Shown: positions 39,313 through 51,625 of the stretch, in pieces | Layout: every line of letters begins with the position of its first letter | How positions within the stretch are numbered: position 1 is the first letter of the stretch | DNA from: Azolla caroliniana | Taxonomy: Eukaryota; Plantae; Polypodiophyta | Direction of reading: 5' to 3' | Assembly (NCBI GenBank): GCA_043228905.1 | Contig: JBHGNT010000020.1 | Location: 11,532,001 to 11,596,000, forward strand | Length of the DNA: 64,000 nt | Position numbers and translations under genes: made by a program | The notes under the pieces: generated by a model | Databases searched by the model: none | What the model was told of the DNA's origin: nothing | Seen by the model: only the letters and a program-made list of their open reading frames with translations

Positions 39313-40080
39313 CTAGAAGTAGAAAAAACTTCAAGAAGGACTTTTCATATCATTATTGTGGTGGTTCAAACCATTATGAGAGAGACTGTTGGAATAAAAA
39401 GAAATACCAAAAGAAAAGAACCACCGACAATAAGAACTGTAATGACCTAGCTACAACCACTTGTGATGGCGACATTGTCATTATTTGTGATGATGCTTGT
39501 GTTAGCTTAGCATGCCAACGGACAGATTGGATTATCGACTCGGGAGCCTTGTATCACATTACTCCATATCGAGAGATGTTCTTGTCATATGTCGGTGGTG
39601 ACTTTGGTAAAGTCAAAATGGCTAACCACGACATGACATAGGTTGTTGGCATAGGAAATATAATTATGACCACGGACACGGTTGCAAACTAGTGTTAAAC
39701 AATGTTAGGCATGTACCGGACATTCGGTTGAATATTATTTCGGCCGGTAAGCTTGATGATGAGGGTTACACAAATTCCTTTGGTGAAGGAAAATGGAAGC
39801 TCACCAAAAGCTCGCTAGTATTAGCAAGATGTCTAAAATAGAATTCCCTCTATGTAATGCATGATATGGTGTCCAATGGAGAGGTGAATTTCGCCGATAG
39901 GGATGTCCCCATTGAGTTGTGGCATAAGAGACTTGGGCACATGAGTCAAAAAGGATTCGAGGTGCTAGCTAGGAAGAACATCCTACCGGAGATAAGAGAT
40001 ATGCACTTGGAGACTTGTGTTCATTGCTTGGCTGGTAGATAACACAGAGTCGCCTTTCAGCATTTGCCCCCTAAAAGAAA

Positions 40081-40353
40081 TGTTACACTCTCACTCTCTC
40101 ACTCAGGGTTACAGAGGCAACTACCTCGTTCTAACTTTACAATAATGACCAACAACATTTACTAAAGTTTGACCTAGTTGCTTATAAACAAAAGCAACTT
40201 TGTGGCTATTTACAAATATAGCCCCCCAAAGGGCATTTTAGACTATTTATGATTATAGTCTTCCGAAACGATTTCGATTTTCGATTTCAGCCTCGGTCGA
40301 TACTCACCAACACGGTACTTCTCTTCCCATCCTGAGGGACATGTTTCCCAACA
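40081..40353 (-). mobile_element. 273-bp TG..CA insertion (solo-LTR-like) in Copia E integrase
   Basis: TGTT..AACA ends with TSD AGAAA (40076-40080, 40354-40358). The reverse complement resembles 33592-33873. Confidence 0.85.
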
Positions 40354-43300
40354 AGAAAATCTCAGCCACTAGAATTGGTGCACACTGACTTGTGTTATAT
40401 GAAAGATAAGACTCTAGGAGGAGCATTGTATTTTGCCACATTTATTGATGACTTCTCAAGGAAGTTGTGGTGCTTTGCATTGAAGACTAAAGATCAAGTA
40501 TTTGAGATCTTTAAAAACTTCCATGTAAGTGTGGAAAGGGAAATAGGGAGAAAACTTAAATGTACCGGTGCGGATAACGAGGGTGAGTATTGAGGACAAT
40601 TTGAACAATATTGTTGTGAGCATGGGATTAGGCTTGAGAGGAGTGTTCCCAAAAAACCTTAGCATAATGGTGTGGCTGAGAGGATGAATAGGACAATTTG
40701 TGAGCGGATAAGATGTATGCTATCCCACTCAAAATTGCTTAAATCTTTTTGGGGTGCAGCAATGAGGAAATTTGTCCCCATCAATCCCTTTGGATGGTGA
40801 TGTACCTAAGAGGGTGTGGACAGGTAAGGAGGTGTCATACAAACACTTAAGAGTGTTTGGTTGCAAGGCTTAATATCCACATCCCAAAAGATGAAAGATC
40901 CAAGCTTGGTGAAAAATGCAAACCATGCATATTTTTAGGATACAACCATGAGGAATTCGTTTATAGACTTTATGACCTAGTAGAGAAGAAGGTCATTAGA
41001 AGTAAGGATGTGGTATTCCTTGAGGATCAGACCTTGCAAGATCCAAAGCCGAAGGAGATGCCAAAGTTCACCCCTGAATCTATGGTCACCAACAATCCAA
41101 CTCTTGCCCAAGTCACTCAAGGTCACGGGGGAGACGTATCATGATACGGCAAATGATGCTCCCGATGAGGATGGTGAACAAGATCATGATCATCAGACCC
41201 TAGGTGTCCAGATTGATGATGATTCAGCAGCTCTACTTGAAGTGGAAGGGGTGAGAAGGTCTATAAGACAAAGACGACCTTCAACTAGATACAATCCACA
41301 TGAGTATGTGTTGCTTACAGACGGAGAAGAGCCACAAAGCTTTCGAGAAGCTATGGCGCATGATCATAAGCAGAAATGGCTTGAGGTCATGAATGATGTG
41401 ATGAGGTGTTTGCAAGACACTCATACTTATGATCTGGTAAAGTTGCCTAATGGAAAGAGAGCGTTGAAAAACAAATGGGCTTTCAAGCTCAAAGTTGATG
41501 AACATTGCTCACAACCAAGATACAAGGCAAGATTGGTTGTGAAGGGGTTCAACCAGAAAAAGGGTGTTGATTTCGAGGATATTTTCTCACCAGTAGTAAA
41601 GATGTCCTCTATTAGAGTTGTACACGGGATCGCAACTAGTCTTGATCTAGAAATCGAACAACTCGATGTGAAAACTGCCTTCTTTCACGGTGAGTTGGAA
41701 GAGGAAATCTACATGGAGCAACCCGAGGGATTTGGAGTCAAATACAGATCATGGTGTGTTTGTTAAGAAATTCTCAGATAATGACTTTGTTATTTTGCTT
41801 CTATATGTAGATGATATGGTGATTGTTGGTCGAGACACCAACAAGATTGAGACGCTGAAAAGAGAGCTCAGTCAATCTTTTGCTATGAAAGACTTGGGAC
41901 TAGCCAAGCAAATCCTTGGGATGAAGATAACCAGGGATAGAGTGAGCAAAAGGTTGTGGATGTCGAATAATATATTGAGAAAGTTCTTGAGAGATTCAAC
42001 ATGGTCAAGTGTAAGCCAGTTAACACTCCACTCGCAGGCCACTTTAGACTTAGTTCAGCTCAATGCCCTACGAGTAAGGAAGAGCAAGAATGAATGAAAC
42101 AAATACCATATGCATCTGCAGTCGGCAGTTTAATGTATGCTATGGTATGCACGAGGCCGGACATTGCTCATGCAGTTGGTGTAGAGAGCCGTTTTCTCTT
42201 GAACCCAAGCAAAGATCATTGGGAAGCAATGAAATGGATTCTGAGATATATGAGAGGTACCACTAGAGTCTACCTAAATTTTGGTGAAAACCAAATTGTG
42301 TTATATGGGTATATAGATGCAGATACGGCTGGTGATATAGACTCCAGAAAATCTACATCAGGGTACTTAATGTCCTTTGGAGGGGGAGCGGTCTCTTGGC
42401 AATCAAGACTGCAAAAATGTGTGGCATTATCTACAACGGAGGCTGAATATATTGCTGCCATAGAAGCTAGTACGGAATTCCTATGGCTGAAGAAATTCCT
42501 ACAAGAGTTGGGGTTGATGCAAGAAAAGTACATTTTGTATTGTGATAGCCAAAGTGCCATACATTTATTTAAGCAAGAATTCTTTCTTTCATTCTAAGTC
42601 AAAACATGTAGATGTTAGATACCATTGGATTAGAGATGTGCTTGAAGAAAAGCATATGCACATTGAAAAGATTCACACCAATGAGATTGGCTCCAACATG
42701 ATGACAAAATGTTTGTCAAGGGAGAAGCTCAAAGTTTGCGAACAAAAGGCAAACCTAGTTGCACCCCCCACTTGAGATGGAGGGGCAGAATTGTTGGGTC
42801 TATCCACTCAAGTGGAGCCCACAACATGGAGCCGGCTGACAACCGGTTACCAACTAAGTGTTGAATCAACTCAGCCTCGACTCAGGGCTAAAAAGTGGAA
42901 ATAGTTATAATTATTTTTAACTATATATATTGTTTTTGGTGTGTCTTTTTTGTGTGTGTGAGTGTGTATGCAAGAACAAAAGAGACGTTACTCTACAAGG
43001 CTGATAAAAAGGTGCAAAAATAGCGAGACAGAAAAACAGAGAGATAAGACAAAAATAGCGCATAATAAAACAGAGAGAGCAACACTGAAAAACAAAACAC
43101 AAAGAGAGAGAAAACGGATCTGAGAAAGGAAGAAGAGGTGTGAGGGAGTGTGAGAATGTTGTGAAGCTTCTGCAAAACAAAGAAACAAGGTGTAAGAGCT
43201 CAACTAAGGGGCGATCGAGAACGAGAACTTGTTGTAGACGAGAAGACCGAGATCTAGCAAGGTGTTGTCCGGACTACCAAAGAGTCGACAACAACTTTTC

Positions 43301-43635
43301 TGTCTATTTGTAATAGGTTCATTTGTTGTATGGTTTTTGTTCTTGTTTCTTTGTTGCTCATTCCATCTGGTAGGGTGAATATTGTAACCAAGGTTGTAGC
43401 CTTGAAATATATGTGTATTCCTCTAGTGTAAGCTCTAGAGTCTTACAACACCTTGTATACTCAGAAAATAGTGAATATGTTTTGGAACCTAAGGTTCCCG
43501 TGGTTTTTCCCAAATTTTTGGGTTTTCCATGTTAAAAATCTTGTGTACTTTCATTTTGTCTTGTGGTTTCATTTGTTGTTAATTGTGTTGGAAGTCTAAA
43601 TCATCATTATTCAGATTCGTATTCCTAACACATAT

Positions 43636-43905
43636 TCCAACTTTTGCATGAACATAGTGTTCCCAGATATTGATGGTAGGTAAGTTTTTCATGGAGGGAA
43701 CTAAGATGCAAATAGAAAGGAACCCTATAATCTTCGCATTAGATGCCTCCACACAAGAGGGTAGAACTGTATCGATTCTTGTTGCAATTGATGGAAATAC
43801 AACCATGTATTCCTTAGGGATCCTCGAAAAAACAACTAATATAGGGGTCAATCGATGCATGGAATTTATAATTTTAACGGGATCAAAGCATGGTTTCCAC
43901 GGCAA
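43636..43905 (-). pseudogene. L1 ORF1 remnant (DUF4283-adjacent region)
   Basis: PWKPCFDP..TPILVVFSRIPKEY..IATRIDTVL matches the plant L1 ORF1 pattern W.P.F.P..WV.F..LP.E...IA..IG; it continues across Copia E into the zinc knuckle at 37853-37898. Confidence 0.7.
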
Positions 43906-45119
43906 AAAAAAGTTGTCGCATTCCTATATGTCAATCATGTTCTCATTCAACATCACCTCTATGGATTCAACTATATCCGATTCTAGGTGATAAAAACCAG
44001 ATCCCATATATTATACATTGATAATTTTACCTATGCGATGTGAAAGGTTGCTTGTAGTAGGTTGCGTAAATCGCCTATGTTTGGCCACATTCCTATAACC
44101 CGACAAACAATGGATGGAATATGCATGGAGACAACTTACCTGTTCTTGCAATAGTGCTTCTTCATCAGGTGTGAAAACGATAGTGATAGCAGACCATTCA
44201 TGAATTGTTGGGGCCCTTGACGGGAGGCATTGGCCATCGTGCAATCGTCTGTTTCTTGCAAGCTCTTTTTGTTAACCCATCTATGTGATTTTTTCCCATT
44301 TTCTTATCTCAACATTTCCTTCAATTAAGTGGTTAAAGTGCATTCTTATGCATTTAATTGTGTGCTAATAACCAAACCTCTTTGTTAAGACTTTTAAGTG
44401 TTTTGAGACATTAAGAGAATTTGTTACCGAGGGGACCCCTAGATCAATCGGAGATTGACATCCACTTCTGTTTGCCTCAACTGTCAGAGAGTCTGTGCAT
44501 GCCCCATCCTGCAATGATCTAATGTGAAGTAAACTTGTAAGTATTGCCTTGACCCTAGAACACTTGGCAATGTAACATTTTTTATTCAAATCAAGTCGAT
44601 GCAATAGACACATTTATTGCAATTGAAAGTTCAACATTATTTGCCCAAATGAGATTTGGATCTATAATCCAATTTGGTTATTAAATTTGGTTTATTCTCT
44701 TAAAGTCTCTAAAGACACAAACATTCAAACAATCAAAATTGTTTTGATTAGGAAAGTCAATATCGATTGTAGAAACTCTTACAAATAGGGATTTCAATCA
44801 ATGTAAATTTTGAATATATTGGAGTCTTCGTGAATGTATAGTAAGCCTATTCATAGGGAAAAAGGAAATATCCTTGGAGTTTTTTTCTTGAGATGAAGCA
44901 TTTTGGGTTTGATTTTATTATTTTCTCCTTGTTACTCAACCTTGTCACAATATTGGTTGCCATAGTGTAGCGGACGCAATGTCCCACAACTAAAGGTGGA
45001 ACTTGATAAGTAGGGGCTATCAGGGTGTGGTAGGTCTCCTTCTCCATTTTCGGAATTCAAAATTCTAGCATTGGTGGTGCTTGATGAGAAGAATCATAAG
45101 GAGCTCAGATGTAGGAATC

Positions 45120-46245
45120 ACAAGGTTTTGTGGGAAATGCAATGTTATGGGCTACCGAAGAGCCAAAAAAAGATATTTCATACATTATTTACAATAATGA
45201 GCCACTTGAATGCATGGAAAGCTTCAAATATCTTGGCCTTGAAGTTCCTTTAAATCATAGTTGGAATCAATATGCTATGCTTAGAGGCGGGAAAGAGAGC
45301 ATATTATGGATTTGAGAACACATGCAATCATGGAGATACTAAGTGTTGGGTCCTTGAGAAATATCTTTTCAACACTTTGGTGACATTGATGCTTCTCTAT
45401 GGGGTGGTATCATCTCTAAATCTACTTGAAAAGAATTTGAAATGTCCAAAAACATTTTCTTACAAAGTAACTTCTACAAGTTAAGAAATAAATGTCATAC
45501 ACCCTCCTACTTGAGACTAGATCACTTCCCATTGAGATCATGGCCATGGAAAGGGTTGTCAAATACATGCTTAAGGTTCAAAAGAGTTCCTCGCATCGAT
45601 TTCTTACAATCACATAAAAGCAAAATTTTGTATTCCGGTTGGATGCAAGATATGAAAAAATGGTTTGGTAGGGGGGATGCAATATACTTGCTTCATGATG
45701 CATCACTAGATTCCTTTGTAAATGAGGTTTTTTTTGCAATGCCAATGTATCATGACATGGGATAAATGTGGAGGTTCACACCTCACACATTATACTACAC
45801 ATATTGCACCTAACTACAAAATCATATTCTTCATTGAACAGGGAAACCATACACATCGATACATGTTAAAGCTCATCCCATGGTCTGCCATCTGAACTAT
45901 TGCTTCCATACGACTTAACTCACATGCATTGCGATGCAAGATGGGGCGTTGGGACACAACTTATGAGAATGGCCAACTATGAATACTTTGTCTTAAACAA
46001 GTTTGAGAGTTTGAGAATCACACTTTGATACAATGCTCTGCCTTTGACCATGCTTTCCACACATCTTCGACCAAACCCAATCCTAGCATGAATTTCTCTC
46101 ACAACCACAATGTGCACTCTCAATTGCAACATTCATCGGTAAAGTTCTTGAACATCGACAATCGCTACTCACTTTCACATGTATTACGTGAAATGTAGTA
46201 TTTTTGGTCTCATAGGTCATATTTGACCTCTGAAGATGTTAATAG

Positions 46246-46289
<44 letters not shown>
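45120..46289 (+). mobile_element. 5'-truncated RTE-X-like LINE (second family) with (CT)n tail
   Basis: YNNEPLECMESFKYLGLEV, LFNTLVTLMLLYG, IRLNSHALRCKMGRW..ENHTLIQC; 3' hairpin at 46214-46229, then (CT)n at 46248-46289. The 5' boundary is approximate. Confidence 0.82.
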
Positions 46290-46293
<4 letters not shown>

Positions 46294-47204
46294 ATCATTC
46301 TCATGTGTTAGGGTTGTAGCCAAGGACAAGTGTTAGAGTGAAGAAGAGAATGAGACGAAGAAAATAAGAGATAAATACAAGGAAATTGACAAATTATGTA
46401 TTAACAATAAGAACAAGGGTTACGAGAATATGCCGAAGATGGGCATTGAACCGGAATGGTTCATCAATACTCGGATGTACATGGTTATGGACACATGCAT
46501 GCTCGCCACCTTGTAGGTATGCACGATTGATCGCCACTTGGCATTCATGTAAGCATGACACTTGGTGATCATGTGTTAGCCCATGTGGGGTGGTGACATT
46601 TCATAATATTGCATATGTATTCTAGTGATCTAATGAAAGTTATAAAAAGTAATAATATAATCTATCCTAGTGGTTGAGGTTATACCTCTTCTTTGAAGAG
46701 GTCATGATTTCAAATCTCTATTACAAGTTTGGAGTTTTGGTATATGTTCCTCATTATTCCCTTCCTTTGACCACAAGTTCCACGAGTCACAATGCACAAA
46801 CTAGGACCTGGCTTATTTGGATATCAATGATGAAATTCAAATACAAGTTCTTTGGTATTGTTGAGATTTTTAGTCAGCTCCCATGTTCAATCCACATGTG
46901 TATGACCCAACCAATAAACAAAATAATACAACTTTTTGTGTACAACATTGGAGTCCAAAATGGTTTTCACTTCATATTCTAGACCTTCGTCAAGCTCAAT
47001 AGGAGGTGGGGGGGGAACACCACGATCTGGAATAGAGTTTGAAACATAAGGTTCCAAGAGTGATACATTGAACATTGGATGAAACGCATATCATGAGGGA
47101 GATCGAGATGAAAAGCAATGTCATCGATATGTTTAGTGATTACATGTGGACCAAGACGTTGATAATCCAACTTGTCACAAGGCTTGGTGGTCTTTACATT
47201 ACGT

Positions 47205-48186
47205 TGTCACAGAGTTTCACTCATTGAGTGTTTGCACTCGTCGAGCTTTAGGTTGTCTAGCCTTCGCTTGTCGACCTTTGCCTTGATGACCTTTTTATCA
47301 TCAAGCCTTTGTCTTAACGAGCTCCCTCTTGTTAAACCAAGAGCTTGAGTGAAGGTTCAATGTGGAAACACAAAGCGAGCATCAATCGTACAGAAAGTGA
47401 TAGAACGAAGGATCAAGGCAAACATTCACGATGAGGTGAAACAAAAGTTTGACAATTGATTTTTTATAAGGTTCACGACAAGATTACAATGAGCGGCTCC
47501 AAGCAATCGCAAGCTCATTACCGAGTAAGGGAATCAATGAGAGGTTTTATAGAAGGAGGGGGGAGAAGATGTCGTTGAGCACCGATCACCACAAATGCGA
47601 GCTCACAAACATCGCACGATGAAAACCGACGAGTTGTTTACATAGGAACGGCGAGTGCCAAATGCCACGAGCTCAACAACACAAACTCACAAACTCACGA
47701 GCACTCGAGCGCGCAAACGGCAAGCATAACACATTCATGAACACGCCCACTCGACCACAAGCCACAAACGGGGGCGGCTTCATGAGCACACGATCCACGC
47801 AACATGACCACCATGCAAACACCACAAATGAGTTGGGCACACGAGCACACCAACACCAACATCACACAATCCGGAGACAACAAATCATGAGCACATGGAC
47901 ACGAACACACCAACACCAACACCAACATGATGAGCAACAATCACACAAACGATGACGAAGACACAAACCACAACCACCACGATCTACGACCTCGATGGCC
48001 ATAAATACACGTACATACCATTGGCACAAACATGAGCATACGAACTTGCAACTCCACCCCACAAACCACGAACGGCGAGCACAAATCGCGACTCCACCCG
48101 AAGAGATGATGGAATGGGTGAGAAAACAAGAAACCAAAACCCCCAAACCCAAAAAATGAAGAGAACCCCAAAAGAGGCCTCCCCCC

Positions 48187-48217
<31 letters not shown>

Positions 48218-48514
48218 ATAAAACCTCCTTAATTCACGCTACACAATCAAAGATTCGTACAGTACACATTCAATATTGAGTGAATGACCGTAACCACTAG
48301 ACCATTCACTCCTTATATTTTTACTTTTATAACTAAAAGTATGTAATATATCTCCTTTTATCCCCCTTTTTTCTCACCCCTCTTATTTTAACATGTGTTG
48401 CAACTTCCCATGCCTTCCTATCTCCTATCTCTACCTTTATGTTTCGCGCCTTCACTTCATCCTTTTACTCTTGTTCATGTGCATTTCTTACACTCAGCAT
48501 TCCACATCACGACA
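47205..48514. mobile_element. Solo-LTR-like insertion (1310 bp) in the chromovirus integrase
   Basis: TGTC..GACA ends with 4-bp TSD ACGT/ATGT. Removing it restores WLLR(R)NVKTTKPCDKLD. Confidence 0.8.
48181..48217 (+). repeat. C8-G29 homopolymer tract
   Basis: Directly visible in the sequence. Confidence 0.95.
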
Positions 48515-48868
48515 ATGTCGTAAGAGCCATACACCATCTCCAACTCAAAATTTGGGTCTTTCTCATGATGAGTCATGTCGATGACGATCGATAATTTTCT
48601 TATAGGTGGCTCGAACATTATGTAAATGGTGAGAAAGAGCAACATGAATTTCCCAGAGACGACATAACAATCCTCTACATCAAAATTTCTCGAGATTTCT
48701 AGATGGTCAAGCATTGTCCAATAGGGATGGACACATGTGTTGGCAATAAAAAGAGTAAATTTGGTAGAAGAATGAACTGAATTATTGTAAGCAACCTCCA
48801 TGGGATGCAAATAGTGAACCCATCATTACACTTCGCAAACGAAGGTCCTTGCATTCTTCACATATTCA

Positions 48869-49660
48869 GTGGCGTTTGGTACGAATTTTCTTTTGGATCA
48901 GATTGAGTCAGTACCTGCGGGAAAAAAGTATTGGGAGGAAGGTAATGTGTCATCTTCTCATATGTTGAAGTTCTGGAAACAATTTTGGTCACTTAAGCGT
49001 ATGAATAAGGTACTACATTTTCAATGGTTGATGATTCATTATGCCTTGCCAGTAGGAGTTTTATTGAGGGGAACAATGCCTGATAGATCATGTGGTATGT
49101 GTGGGTTTGCATTTGAGACATTGCATCATGTTTTTTGGGAATGTGTTGTGGCCATAAGTTTTTGGTTTCGAATTCTTAGGTTATTAGGTTGTAAGTATAG
49201 GTCGGCCATTTTCATGTGGGGTGCAGTATTTTGGGGAACTTTGGATCAACAAAAGGCATTTTATCAGTATTCCAATTCTTCATTGACTTTACATGTGAAA
49301 AGTCTTCAAGTGTACTCTGGTTCAACCTCCTTGCCAGGAATCAAGTTCTTCTCGCAGTGTTATGTTTGGCAGATTGTTCCCTCTTTGGCCTTATGGGTTC
49401 TGTGGAAAGCGAGGTGTTCCAAACTATACAATGTTGAACAAATTCATGTTGTGGATTAGGTTAAGACCTTTTGGGAATTATTGCTACATACAGTAAAAAG
49501 TGAGTATGATAGTTATAAGGGTTATGGAAATACAACTAACTGGAAAAGAAGAAGAATTTGTAGAGTTTGGGCCTCTATTCCGATTATGTTGGATGCAAGT
49601 GATGATGTTAAGAGGAATTACATTCCACCTCGTTGGTTGTTCATAATGCAGACAACATGA
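48869..49660 (+). mobile_element. L1-clade LINE ORF2 3' fragment (zf-RVT domain)
   Basis: FWKQFWSLK..KVLHFQWLMIHYALPV..CGMCGFAFETLHHVFWEC..FW..LWVLWKARC. Confidence 0.85.
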
Positions 49661-49760
49661 CTCAAGATGGAGAAGGTGGTTGAGGCATAGTTGATTTGTT
49701 CCATTCGTGGAAGTAGATTGTTGGATTTAACGAGATGGTTGGTCAAGGATTTTGGTGACG

Positions 49761-50220
49761 AAGATGGTGTCGGGGGTTACATAATAATTTAAGAGGGGAT
49801 GCGGATAGTATATTCATTTTGTTTTTTGTATGTACATGCCTTTGGTGTTAATCGGCAAGAGGGTGGATGTGGGAAAAAGAAGCTTTTCTATTTTTAATGA
49901 TTCAAGATGATGTCGTGGGTTGTAGCATATTTTCAAGAGAGAATGACGACATTATACTCATGTTGTTTGTATATACATGCCTTTGGCGTTAATTGGCAAG
50001 AGGGTGAGTGTGGGAAAAATAAGCGTTTTTTTTTTTAAATGATTGAAGATGGTGTCGGGGGTTGAACCATATTTTCAGGACAAAATGACGACATTATACT
50101 CATGTTGCTTGTTTGTATGTACAGGTGTTTGGTGTTAATCAGCGAGAGGGTGAATGTGGAAAAAGAAGCAGATCATCTGTATCTTGATAAGGATGAGTGA
50201 TTAGATGGTGTCGGGGGCTG
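49761..50220 (+). repeat. About 143-bp tandem repeat, three units plus the start of a fourth
   Basis: agatggtgtcggggg recurs at about 49762, 49905, 50047 and 50203, with shared tgtacatgcctttggtgttaat..gagggtg..tgtgggaaaaa. Confidence 0.85.
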
Positions 50221-51249
50221 AACAAATGTATATGATCATATAAATAAGATTTTGTATTTATTTTGCTTGTCTAACATTTTGGGATCTTAGTCTTTACTTG
50301 AAATTTATGTCCCTTGACCAAAAGGAAAATTGCATGTCTCACTTTATTCCCTATACTAATACCTCCAATAAAAAAGTCCAAAATTTAGCACATGTTTTAG
50401 CAAATGGGAGAATCTTTCCCGGAAAGATTGTATATTGTATGATGTGAGGGTTGAAAGAATTCATATATTTCTAGAATTACCTTAGTAAGACACAATATAT
50501 TGTATTATAATAATGATATTCGAAGAGTTTTTTGTACAACACTACAAATGATGGTACAAGAATTTGGGTGAGTTGATGCAATATATTTTTGCATTTTGCC
50601 TTGTAAGTAATCCTTCTTTCGAAATGAACATTATTCATAATAAAAAATTATAAAATGAATTTATTTGAAGATTGAAAAATGGGAAACACAAGAACAAAAA
50701 AATAAAGCCATTGCCAATGACTACGTCAACTTTCAAGGTTAATGTATAAGAAAAAATATTCATATCAACTTAAAATGGAGAAATGAACAATGTTAAAAAC
50801 ATTGGCAAAATGACGATATAAACAATTTAGAAACACGATATTATTGGACATGTGCAATAATGGTACATGCCCTAAGAGAGTCTCTCTTCTTCTTCTTCTT
50901 CTTTCCAAAAAGATGCTACTTTCCCATTCGTTAGGAGAGATTATTACATAAAGACTATACAAGGTGGCTTACACAAGGAGTGTCTCTTAATTTGCAGATC
51001 AATAGTATGAAATACAACTCTAAACATCTTTGAAGGTATAAGTCCATGACATGATATATTTGTACAAATCCCTCTTAAAATATGCACTAGAAGTATAAAC
51101 AAATCCCCTACTATTAATTAAGTCATTATATTGTGATGCTCCTTAGGTTTTGTCTTTGTATGACATAACTAATGTATACTTTGCATGTGAGCTACACTCC
51201 TTTATACCCACTGACATGTACAACTAATGTGATAGGATGTGGATTTGTC

Positions 51250-51625
51250 CAATGGTGCATCTGAAATCCATATGATTGATAAATATTCCATATATATAGG
51301 GTATAATATATAAATTCATCCTTTGAGGCATGGAGAAGTTTGTTATTGGAAGACAAGCGACACTTGTTCCTAACTCATGTGGAGCTTTGATCCATCTCCA
51401 CCGGTCTTGAGTTGAATGAGATCTAGTTGGATGACTTTGTTGATCACTAATGCAAACATGAACTACCCAAAAATGATGTGGTGGTCAACTCTATGGTGAC
51501 GCAATAAAACCAAAACTACAATGCCATTCCTTCAAAATTACCAACATGTAGTATGCATCGCCCTTGGTCATTCCTTCTTCCATGGTGTGGTGAAGTTTTA
51601 GGGTTTCCATCTTAGATACCAATTT
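51250..51625 (-). mobile_element. Copia PBS/gag remnant
   Basis: Minus strand tggtatctaag (iMet-PBS-like) at about 51611-51621, followed by gag-like LCISDQQSH..W. Confidence 0.4.

Larger units (their letters stand above)
38583..42775 (+). pseudogene. Copia E gag-pol with stops, frameshifts and internal deletions (about 40770 and 41740)
   Basis: Consecutive ORF fragments in gag-PR-IN-RT-RH order. Confidence 0.93.
37918..43630 (+). mobile_element. Ty1/Copia LTR retrotransposon E (Tnt1/Tork-like), decayed
   Basis: LTRs 37918-38537 and 42792-43630. TSD CATAT (37913-37917, 43631-43635). PBS tggtatcaga at 38540 and PPT gagatggaggggcagaa at about 42775. Gag-pol from 38583 to 42775 (WIIDSGA, LWHKRLGH, VHTDLC, LLLYVDDM, SKHVDVRYHWIR). 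Confidence 0.95.
46306..48810 (-). mobile_element. Chromovirus-type Ty3/Gypsy remnant (integrase C-terminus, chromodomain, probable 3' LTR at about 46306-46683)
   Basis: EVAYNNSVHSSTKFT..GVWLLR-NVKTTKPCDKLDYQRLGP..FNVSLLEPY..PPPPIELDEGLEYEVKTILDS..YFVYWLGH. Confidence 0.82.
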
